Assembly: GCA_965227145.1 (NCBI GenBank) | Contig: OZ245730.1 | Coordinates: 2,916,646-2,980,645 of the forward strand | Direction: 5' to 3' | Length of the DNA: 64,000 bases | From: Calditrichia bacterium | GTDB lineage: Bacteria > Calditrichota > Calditrichia > RBG-13-44-9 > J075 | Shown here: one piece after another, positions 11,540 through 20,430 of the stretch | How positions within the stretch are numbered: the first letter of the stretch is position 1 | Layout: each line of letters opens with the position of its first letter | Notes under the pieces: generated by a model | Seen by the model: only the letters and a program-made list of their open reading frames with translations | The model's database searches: none | What the model was told of the DNA's origin: nothing | Translations under genes and position numbers: made by a program

Positions 11540-14500
11540 TGCAATCCTTCAAGATATAATCTAAAGAGTCCGTTTTTCGTAAGTAAAAGGTTTTCAGTAG
11601 TTTATATTTTGGTTGTTTGCAAATCCGTAAGTTTCGTGTGTTTTTTTGCAACGTATTTTTTCGTGGTAAAAGTCGGTTTGTGCGGTTCTAACTGTCGGTT
11701 GTACCGGACGCAACCGCAGGGCTGTGCTTCTGTTCTAAAAAATATCTGTGCAAATCAGTTTAATAAAATCAGCAAATTATGGCGTAGTGTTGCGCCGGTA
11801 AACCGTTTTGTTAGATTAAAATTCCGTTAATTTCAAAAAGAAAAACTCCAAAAAATGGAGTAATTGCCAACGCAGAAATAATATTTTAAAAGACATCCGC
11901 GAACGAAAGTGAAAGCCAATTTGATGAATAATATTTAAGAGTCGGTTTTACGTAAGTGAAAGGTTTTCAGTAGTTTATATTTTTGGTTGTTTGTAAAACC
12001 TTAAGTTTTGTGTGTTTTTCGCAGTTTATTTTTTCGTGGTAAAATTCAGTGTTGCGGTTCTAACTTTCGGTTGTACCGGACGCAACCGCAGGGCTGTGCT
12101 TTCGTTCTAAAAAATAATTGTGCAAATAAGTTTAATAAAATTAGCAAATTCGGTGCAAGTGTTGCGCCGGTAAACCGTGTTGTTAGATTCAGTTTTGTAT
12201 TTTTACAAAAAAGAAAAGACTCCGAAAAATGGAGCAAAAGCCAACGCAAAGTAAATATTTTAAAAACGTCCTCTTTTCGTAAGTGAAAGCCAGTTTGCGG
12301 GATAAATATTTAAGAGTCGGTTTAATTTAGTGCTGGGTTTTTGCAAGTTTATATTTTGGTTTTGTGGTCAACTGCGGGCTTCTGTAAAAATGTAAGTCAG
12401 TTGGCGGAGCTTTGTAAAAACAAAGTGTTGCGTTTCTAACTTTCGGTTGTACCGGACGCAACCGCAGGGCTGTGCTTTTGTTCTAAAAAATATTTGTGCA
12501 AATGGGTTGTAAAAATTCAGCAAATTGTGGCGTAGTGTTGCGCCGGTAAACCTTTTTGTTAGATTGAAAATTCCGTTAATTTCGAAAAGAAAAACTCCCA
12601 AAAATGGAGTGATTGCCAACGCAAAGTTAATATTTTAAAGACGTCCGCTTTTCGTAAGTGAAAGCCTATTTGCGGGATAAATATTTAAGAGTCCGTTTTT
12701 CGTAAGTGAAAGGTTTTCAGTCGTTTATATTTTGTTTGTTTGCATTTTCGTAGGTTTTGTGTGTTTTTCGCGGCGTATTTTTTCGTGGTAATTTTTAGTG
12801 TTGCGGTTCTAACTTTCGGTTGTACCGGACGCAACCGCAGGGCTGTGCTTTCGTTCTAAATTTTAGTTTGTGCAAATGGGTTGTAAAATATCAGCAAATT
12901 CGGTGCATGTGTTGCGCCGGTAAACCGTGTTGTTAGAAAGCAAAATGAAAAAAACAAAAACCGTTTCTGATTTTTGGGAAAACATAAGTTTGTATCTGTT
13001 TTGGTTTACCAGATTGTGGTGAAAGTTCGTTCTTTTTGGTGGCAACTTCTACATGTCGTGTGTTTGCGTCGCTGGTTGCCAACGCGCGTTTTGTCTGCGG
13101 TGGTTTTGTCTGTGCAAGTTCGTTTTGTGCATTTCTAACTTTCGGTTGTACCGGACGCAACCGCAGGGCTGTGCTTTCGTTCTAAAAATTATCTGAGCAA
13201 ATAAGCTTAATAAAATCAGCAAATTCGGTGCAAGTGTTGCGCCGGTAAACCGTGTTGTTAGAAGGCAAATTGAAAAAGGCTAAAAAGTCAAAAACCGATT
13301 TTGGCTGTTGGGAAAACATAAGTTTATATCTGTTTTGGTTTACCAGATTTTGGTGAAAGTTCATTCTTTTTGGTGGTCTTTTCTACGGGTCGTGTGTTTG
13401 CATCGTTGGTTGCCAACGCGCGTTTTGTCTGCGGTGGTTGTTTGTGTGCAAGTTCGTTTTGTGCGGTTCTAACTTTCGGTTGTACCGGACGCAACCGCAG
13501 GGCTGTGCTTTTGTTCTAAATTTTAGTTTGTGCAAAATGGTTGTAAAATATCAGCAAATTGTGGCGTAGTGTTGCGCCGGTAAACCGTGTTGTTAGAAGG
13601 CAAATCGAAAAAGGCTAAAAAGACAAAAACCGATTTTGGTTGTTGGAAAAACATAAACTCTTATTTGTTTTGGTTTACCAGTTTGTGGTGAACGTTCGTT
13701 TTTTGGTGCCAGTTTCTACATGTCGTGTGTTTGCGTCGTTGGGTGCCAACGCACGTTTTGTCTGTGGTGGTTGTTTGTGTGCAAATTGGTTTGTGCTGTT
13801 CTAACTGGCGGTTGTACCGGACGAAACCGCAGGGCTGGCAGTTTCTTTCTAAATTTTAAATTGTGCAAATAAGTTTAATAAAATCAGCCGGTTGTGTGCA
13901 AGTGTTTCGCCGGTAAACCTTTTTGTTAGATTCGGTTTTGTATTTTTTCAAAAAAGAAAGACTCCAAAAAATGGAGCAAAAGCCAACGCAAAGTAAATAT
14001 TTTAAAGACGTCCGCTTTTCGTAAGTGAAAGCCAGTTTGCGGGATAAATATTTAAGAGTCCGTTTTTCGTAAGTGAAAGGTTTTCAACAGTTTAAATTTT
14101 TGGTTGTTTGTAAATCTGTAAGTTTTGTGTGTTTTTCGCTGTATTTTTTTCGTGGTAAAATTTAGTGTTGCGGTTCTAACTTTCGGTTGTACCGGACGCA
14201 ACCGCAGGGCTGTGCTTTTGTTCTAAGTTTTAGTTTGTGCAAATGAGTTGTAAAATATCAGCAAATTGTGGCGTAGTGTTGCGCCGGTAAACCGTGTTGT
14301 TAGATTCAGTTTTGTATTTTCAGAAAAGAAAAACTCCAAAAAATGGAGCAATTGCCAACGCAGAAATATTATTTTAAAGACGTCCGCTTTTCGAAAGTGA
14401 AAGCCAGTTTGCGGGATAAATATTTAAGAGTCGGTTTTCGTAAGTGAAAGGTTTTCAGTAGTTTATATTTTTGAGTGTTTGTAAATCTGTAAGTTTTGTG

Positions 14501-15035
14501 TGTTTTTCGCGGTGTATTTTTTCGTGGTAAAATTTAGTGTTGCGGTTCTAACTTTCGGTTGTACCGGACGCAACCGCAGGACTGTGCTTTTGTTCTAAAT
14601 TTTAATTTGTGCAAATTGGTTGTAAATCATCTGCAAATAGTGGCGTAGTGTTGCGCCGGTAAACCGTGTTGTTAGAATGCAAATTAAAAAAGACGAAAAA
14701 CAATTTTGGGCTGTTGGGAAAACATAAATTTGTATCTGTTTTGGTTTACCATTTTGTGGTGAACGTTCGTTTTTTGGTGCCAGTTTCTACATGTCGTGTT
14801 TTTGCGTCGTTGGTTGCCAACGCGTGTTTTGTCTGCGGTGGTTGTTTGTGTGCAAGTTCGCTTTGTGCTGTTCTAACTGGCGGTTGTACCGGACGAAACC
14901 GCAGGGCTGGCAGTTTCTTTCTAAGTTATAGTTTGTGCAAATAAGTTTAATAAAATCAGCCGGTTGTGTGCAAGTGTTTCGCCGGTAAACCTTTTTGTTA
15001 GCCGTTACTATTATCTTTAAATAATTTCTTATGAA

Positions 15036-15707
15036 ATGAAAACTTTACTTCTTATTTACATTTTAACGTTTACCTGTTATCCGCAAATATCAACTTCTGA
15101 AATTGTTGGTATTTATAGCCAAAATAGCGGATTTACTCAACAGATTCTTGAATTAAATTCAGATAATACTTTCCAATATAGATATTTTTTTGATGTGGGT
15201 GGATGGAGGTTACCTATTCACGGTAACTGGAAAATAAAGAGTGATACAATATTTTTATTTTCTTCACCATTACCTGAGATACAAGAGGTTAAAGAATCAG
15301 AAAGCAGCGACAGTGTAATAACAATAACTGTCTATAACAGAGAAAGAGAAGAGGCTTTTTTATATCCTCAAATAAAACTAAATGGTTGGCATCCAGATTA
15401 TGACCCATCAATTCATGTTATCTCAACGGATTCTGTAAAATTTGGGCCATTTCTTGTTAGTAAAAATGAGTATAATTCGCCTATAAATAACATCAAACTA
15501 TATATTGGTAATTTTGTATTGTCATATATACCAAGCGATAAAAATTCAGACACTTTTGAATTAATTCTAAATTTAACCGAAGACGAAATTTTCAATGAAA
15601 TTTTTTTTGATAATGAGCCATATCTTTATCTAAATAACATGCTTTATCAACGGTTTAATGGAGAGTTTGTGACAGAATATCCATTAATAAAAGTCAAAAA
15701 ACAGTAG
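15036..15707 (+). CDS. Cassette-borne secreted hypothetical protein
   Basis: Signal peptide; beta-rich (LELNSDNTFQY, GNWKIKSDTIFL). Confidence 0.75.
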   Translation: MKTLLLIYILTFTCYPQISTSEIVGIYSQNSGFTQQILELNSDNTFQYRYFFDVGGWRLPIHGNWKIKSDTIFLFSSPLPEIQEVKESESSDSVITITVYNREREEAFLYPQIKLNGWHPDYDPSIHVISTDSVKFGPFLVSKNEYNSPINNIKLYIGNFVLSYIPSDKNSDTFELILNLTEDEIFNEIFFDNEPYLYLNNMLYQRFNGEFVTEYPLIKVKKQ

Positions 15708-15871
15708 TTGAAGTTTATTAAATATTATCAAAAACTCGGCTAACTTTCGGTTGTACCGGACGAAACCGCAGGGCTGGCAGTTTCTTTCTAAAAAATATTT
15801 GTGCAAATAAGTTTAATAAAATCAGCCGGTTGTGTGCATGTGTTTCGCCGGTAAACCTTTTTGTTAGAAAT

Positions 15872-16252
15872 ATGATTGTTGAATACAAAAACGGCCTAAA
15901 ATTTGAATTGTTTGACGATTTTGCAATAATTTATTTCCCAGAAGAATACTGGGTTGGTAGTTGGGGTTCAATGCTGGATTTGGTTAGACATAAGATAATA
16001 AGCCATGTTAAATATATTTTAATTGATTATTCAAATGTAAAGTTTATTGGTGATGGTAGCTTTGAGTCTGCAATTCTGAGAGAAGAATTCCAACAATTAG
16101 GCGGATCAGATGTTATTCATATATCCGTTCCTGAATGTATTAAAAATCTTTGGAAATTGGCAGATCCTAAAAATGAAGTAAAACCTTTTCCCGAATTTAT
16201 GAGTAAAGAAAACGCACTAAAATACATAACACTTAACCACAGAAAAAATTGA
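15872..16252 (+). CDS. Cassette-borne hypothetical protein, weakly STAS-like
   Basis: ATG 2 nt after the R' heptamer; ILIDYSNVKFI..S and a terminal 'ENAL' resemble anti-sigma-factor antagonist (STAS) domains. Confidence 0.6.
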   Translation: MIVEYKNGLKFELFDDFAIIYFPEEYWVGSWGSMLDLVRHKIISHVKYILIDYSNVKFIGDGSFESAILREEFQQLGGSDVIHISVPECIKNLWKLADPKNEVKPFPEFMSKENALKYITLNHRKN

Positions 16253-16476
16253 GATTACCTGAATAAAGTTAATTGATGCTTTTTAATGGTATAGTTTTTC
16301 CCAAAAAGCAAAATATTATTAAACTATTTCTAACTTTCGGTTGTACCGGACGAAACCGCAGGGCTGTGCTTTCGTTCTAAAAAATATTTGTGCAAATAAG
16401 TTTAATAAAATCAGCAGATTATGGCGTAGTGTTTCGCCGGTAAACCTTGTTGTTAGATTCGGGCAAAATTAAACAT

Positions 16477-16980
16477 ATGGAAATAAAGGTCAAAAAACCG
16501 ATAATGTTTTTATCAATATTCGTCATTGTCGTAGCTGTTGATGCAGCTTTTAGTGGAATAACTTTGGGTAGAGATTTGATACTCAGTTGGATAATAATCC
16601 TAGGAATTCCTCTTGAATTGGTTGCTATTCTGTTTCTTATGCCAACGCTTCGCTTGTATTTCTCTGAAAAAGGCTTAAGGAGATATTGGAAAATTGGGAT
16701 AGGTAAGTATATTCTTTGGGAGGATAACCGGTTCTCACTTCAATGGAACAATGTATCAAAAGTGTTTTCAGCTTTTCCACTTTGGGTCCCTTTAAGAATG
16801 ATCGGAATTGGAGGACGAACAAATCGTCGTTATTTAGTATTTTATGTTGGCTTTGTTACAACCCAAACAAAGGAATCGATATTGTACATAGCAACTCACG
16901 TGAAAAAAGAAGTGATAAGCAACGACGTTAAGAAACTAGTCAAAAAGTATAACCAAAAAAGAGACACTCTCAAAATGTAA
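16477..16980 (+). CDS. Cassette-borne membrane protein
   Basis: Two N-terminal TM segments; first ATG after the attC. Confidence 0.7.
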   Translation: MEIKVKKPIMFLSIFVIVVAVDAAFSGITLGRDLILSWIIILGIPLELVAILFLMPTLRLYFSEKGLRRYWKIGIGKYILWEDNRFSLQWNNVSKVFSAFPLWVPLRMIGIGGRTNRRYLVFYVGFVTTQTKESILYIATHVKKEVISNDVKKLVKKYNQKRDTLKM

Positions 16981-17586
16981 GTTTTGGCAAAGTTTATAAT
17001 TCGGTCTTTGTCAATTCTGCGCTGCGGGTTAAAAGTAAGTCAGGTGGCGGAGCTTTGTAAAAATTTAGTGTTGCGTTTCTAACTTCCGGTTGTACCGGAC
17101 GCAACCGCAGGGCTGTGCTTTCGTTCTAAATTTTATTTTGTGCAATTGGTTGTAAAATATCAGCAAATTCGGTGCATGTGTTGCGCCGGTCTCGAAGGGA
17201 TGCCTTCGGCATAAACCGTGTTGTTAGAAGGCAAATCGAAAAAGGCTAAAAAGACAAAAACCGTTTTGGGCTGTTGGAAAAACATAAACTCTTATCTGTT
17301 TTGGTTTACCATTTTGTGGTGAACATTCGTTTTTTGGTGCCAGTTTCTACATGTCGTGTTTTTGCGTCGTTGGTTGCCAACGCATATTTTTCTGCGGTAG
17401 TTGTTTCTGTGCAAATCGGTTTTGTGCAGTTCTAACTTTCGGTTGTACCGGACGCAACCACAGGGCTGTGCTTTTGTTCTAAAAAATAATTGTGCAAATA
17501 AGTTTAATAAAATCAGAAAATTGTGGCGTAGTGTTGCGCCGGTAAACCGTGTTGTTAGCGACAAGAAATGTGAAGTGGACTTTAAT

Positions 17587-18516
17587 ATGGGAATTCATAA
17601 CAATTGTATTTCAACTAAGAATTGTTTCAAGTATTGCAGGTTATTCAGTAAGCTTTTGTGTTGGTTCAGTTTTGGCATTTTTATATTAACAACTATGAAT
17701 AGTTACGCTCAAACGGACAATAATGGGAATCCAATATTTAATTCAATTTCGATAAATGAGCAACAATTTACCGAGTATAATCTAATATCAAACTATTACA
17801 CACTAATAAACAATATCGAGAATAAAAACTCGTCGGTTTATGTTTCAGATACACCAACGCTAAATGAAATTGAAACTTCAGCTATTAAACTTCCATCAGA
17901 TTTCTTTATTATTGCTAAGCTACAAAATGTATCTCACTTAATAATGTTGGTTAGTTCCCCTGAAAAGAAATTTCGAGTTATTAATATTGCAACAGAGAAT
18001 GAATTAGAGTTTGATTGTGATCTGAATGGTGATATCACAGAAAATCGGGCAAATGAAATAATCCAAGAAAAATTTGATCCAAAAGCAAAAATTGAAAGTG
18101 GAATTCTCCATTTTAATGGCAAAAAACTTAAGATTATACCCAATGAGTCAATTAACAATGCAGTTCTTTCATTGATTATGAAAGAAAAATTTTATGAATC
18201 ACAACCTTCTGAATTCAAAATTCCAACGAAAGACGAGCTAAAAGAAATTATTTTAAAAGAATCTACGGAAGGTGGTAAATTTGATTTTTTTTCTGAAATC
18301 AAAGAAAAAGAATATAACGGTGTTCAGATAAAACCCGGAGTATTTACAACATTAGAGTCGATAGCATTATACAAATGGGGACGTGCAAATTATGATTTAG
18401 GAATTAATACCATTGAAGACGCCTATGCTATATATGCTGAATTTCGAAATCGTGAGATTACAGATAAGGAAAAAGCTTATATCAAAAAAGGATTTGAAAA
18501 AGAATGGGAAAAATAA
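17587..18516 (+). CDS. Cassette-borne secreted hypothetical protein (start uncertain)
   Basis: Long ORF filling the cassette; hydrophobic stretch followed by SYA-QTD cleavage-like site. The listed extension to 17401 runs through an attC. Confidence 0.75.
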   Translation: MGIHNNCISTKNCFKYCRLFSKLLCWFSFGIFILTTMNSYAQTDNNGNPIFNSISINEQQFTEYNLISNYYTLINNIENKNSSVYVSDTPTLNEIETSAIKLPSDFFIIAKLQNVSHLIMLVSSPEKKFRVINIATENELEFDCDLNGDITENRANEIIQEKFDPKAKIESGILHFNGKKLKIIPNESINNAVLSLIMKEKFYESQPSEFKIPTKDELKEIILKESTEGGKFDFFSEIKEKEYNGVQIKPGVFTTLESIALYKWGRANYDLGINTIEDAYAIYAEFRNREITDKEKAYIKKGFEKEWEK

Positions 18517-18726
18517 ATTTTTCATGGTCGTTATATTCCTAACAATTTGCCTGATGGTCGCTAACTTCCGGTTGTACCGGACGCAACCGCAGGGCTGTGC
18601 TTTTGTTCTAAATTTTAGTTTGTGCAAATGGGTTGTAAAATATCAGCAAATTGTGGCGTAGTGTTGCGCCGGTAAACCGTGTTGTTAGATGGGTTCAATA
18701 TAAAACATTCAAAGTGAACACTAAAT

Positions 18727-19137
18727 ATGCTTTTATTTAAAATAATAATTTTAATATTAATATTATGTACATTCTTTTTTGGACAAGAAATTAATCAAAA
18801 CTTTCTAAATACAATTTGGATATGTGAAGTCACAAGCGAAGCCAATGATTCATTGTATCTCAATCTTGACTTGTCATTTATTAACTATAATTGTGAAATA
18901 GATGAGCACACCTATGGAACATTTAATATTTATAAAGACACTTTATATTTGTCTCAGGAATTTGGAGAGTTTGATTCTACATTTAAAGAAGGATCTATAC
19001 ATAGAAGAGGAAAAGCAATATATAAATATTTAATTTTAGACCAAGATAATATTAAACTAGTTTGTTACAAGGAAAATAATGCATTGCAAGGAATTTTAGA
19101 ATTTGATTGTGAAAATATTTTAAAAAAGGTAAAGTAA
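18727..19137 (+). CDS. Cassette-borne secreted hypothetical protein
   Basis: Signal peptide; beta-rich body. Confidence 0.7.
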   Translation: MLLFKIIILILILCTFFFGQEINQNFLNTIWICEVTSEANDSLYLNLDLSFINYNCEIDEHTYGTFNIYKDTLYLSQEFGEFDSTFKEGSIHRRGKAIYKYLILDQDNIKLVCYKENNALQGILEFDCENILKKVK

Positions 19138-19148
19138 ATAAATCACTT

Positions 19149-19253
19149 TTTTAACCCGTACTGTACGCGACACTTGCGTCGCGCGATGAATTTCGTGAAA
19201 GTCCTGGGCAACCGCCCTATTCCGGTGCGCATGTAAGTACTAAATCGTTAGAT
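19149..19253 (+). other. Foreign-type attC site
   Basis: TTTTAAC...GTACTGTACGCGACAC / GTGCGCATGTAAGTAC...GTTAGAT imperfect inverted repeat at the exact position an attC is expected, unrelated in sequence to the resident family. Confidence 0.7.
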
Positions 19254-20430
19254 TTAGTTTTGTATTTTTCAGAAAAAAAAAAAGACTCCGGAAAACGGAG
19301 CAATAGCCTACACAAAATTGATATTTAAAAGGAGCCCGTATTCGAAAGTGAAAGCCAAGTTGCAGGATTTGTTTTTAAGAGTCGGTTTACTTTAGTGCCA
19401 GTTTTTCGCAAGTTTATAATTTGGGTTTTGTATTCAACTGCGGGCTTCTGTAAAAATGTAAGTCAGTTGGCGGAGCTTTGAAAAAACAAAGTGTTGCGGT
19501 TCTAACTTTCGGTTGTACCGGACGCAACCGCAGGGCTGGCAATTTCTTTCTAAGTTTTAGTCTGTGCAAACAGTTGTAGAATATCAGCAAATTTGGTGCA
19601 AGTGTTGCGCCGGTAAACCGTGTTGTTAGATTCAGTTTTCCATTTTTTCAAAAAAGAAAAGGCTCCAAAAATGGAGTAATTGCCAACGCAAAGTTAATAT
19701 TTTAAAGACGTCCGCTTTCCATAAGTGAAAGCCAATTTTCAGGATAAATATTTAAGAGTCCGCGATTCAAAAAGTGTGGTTTTGGCAGGTTTTATTTTTA
19801 CTTTTTCTGTTTTCTGTCAGTGTTTTGGTCAGTCATAATTTTTTATTTTTCTGTGCAGTGCAAATCAGTTTTTGCGGTTCTAACTTTCGGTTGTACCGGA
19901 CGCAACCGCAGGGCTGTGCTTTCGTTCTAAGTTTAGTTTGTGCAAAATGGTTGTAAAACATCAGCAAATTTAGTGCATGTGTTGCGCCGGTAAACCGTGT
20001 TGTTAGAATGCAAATCGAAAAAGGCTAAAAAGACAAAAACCGATTTTGGCTGTTGGAAAAACATAAACTCTTATCTGTTTTGGTTTACCATTTTGTTGTA
20101 AATGTTCATTTTTTGGTGCCAGTTTCTACATGTCGTGTTTTTGCGTCGTTGGCTGCCAACGCGTGTTTTGTCTGCGGTGGTTGTTTGTGTGCAAGTTCGT
20201 TTTGTGCGGTTCTAACTTTCGGTTGTACCGGACGCAACCGCAGGGCTGTGCTTTCGTTCTAAATTTTAGTTTGTGCAAATGGGTTGTAAAACATCAGCAA
20301 ATTGTGGCGTAGTGTTGCGCCGGTCCCGATGGGATGCCTTCGGCATAAACCTTGTTGTTTTGCAAGCTGTACTTGAGTCAGTCACTAAAATATTACTTTA
20401 TTTATCTACGTTTAAATGGTTTTTCAATAC

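Larger units (their letters stand above)
1..20363 (+). mobile_element. Integron-type gene cassette array (sedentary chromosomal integron or CALIN; intI/attI not in window)
   Basis: 39 attC sites in the same orientation delimit 38 complete cassettes (13 gene-bearing, 25 ORF-less). All cassette genes are on +. In most gene cassettes the R' heptamer at the start is the reverse complement of the R'' heptamer at the end, e.g. GTTAGCC 2590/GGCTAAC 3232, GTTAGGA 4474/TCCTAAC 4909, GTTAGAC 5034/GTCTAAC 6073, GTTAGAG 6946/CTCTAAC 7420, GTTAGCG 17554/CGCTAAC 18559. Confidence 0.93.
51..20363 (+). repeat. Family of 38 homologous attC sites (~130 bp)
   Basis: Consensus NNCTAAC-TTTCG-GTTGTACC-GGACGCAAC...GTTGCGCC-GGTAAAC-CGTGTT-GTTAGNN (R'', L'' with extrahelical base, variable terminal structure, L', R'). 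Copies: 51-183, 647-778, 1018-1150, 1395-1526, 1719-1850, 2090-2220, 2466-2596, 3232-3363, 3604-3735, 3976-4107, 4349-4480, 4909-5040, 6073-6204, 6450-6581, 6821-6952, 7420-7551, 7743-7875, 9600-9731, 9972-10103, 10951-11082, 11686-11816, 12058-12188, 12434-12564, 12807-12938, 13133-13263, 13467-13598, 13799-13931, 14174-14305, 14546-14677, 14871-15003, 15738-15869, 16328-16458, 17077-17229, 17430-17560, 18559-18690, 19500-19631, 19878-20008, 20210-20363. Confidence 0.93.

Noticed and set aside
779-14545. Canonical sigma70 promoter inside blank cassettes or attC
   Set aside because: I could not find a consistently spaced -35/-10 pair by eye in this AT-rich sequence; promoter activity remains untested rather than supported.
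144-17586. N-terminal ORF extensions reading through attC into cassette genes (144, 5029, 15830, 16447, 17401) as programmed translational coupling
   Set aside because: They use two different frames, and the third is closed by the TAG in GTTAG, so open frames are expected by chance; no RBS supports the upstream starts.
51-20363. CRISPR array interpretation of the regular repeats
   Set aside because: Repeats are ~130 bp with attC boxes, intervening units are 190 bp to >1 kb, recur in families or contain genes, and no cas genes are present.
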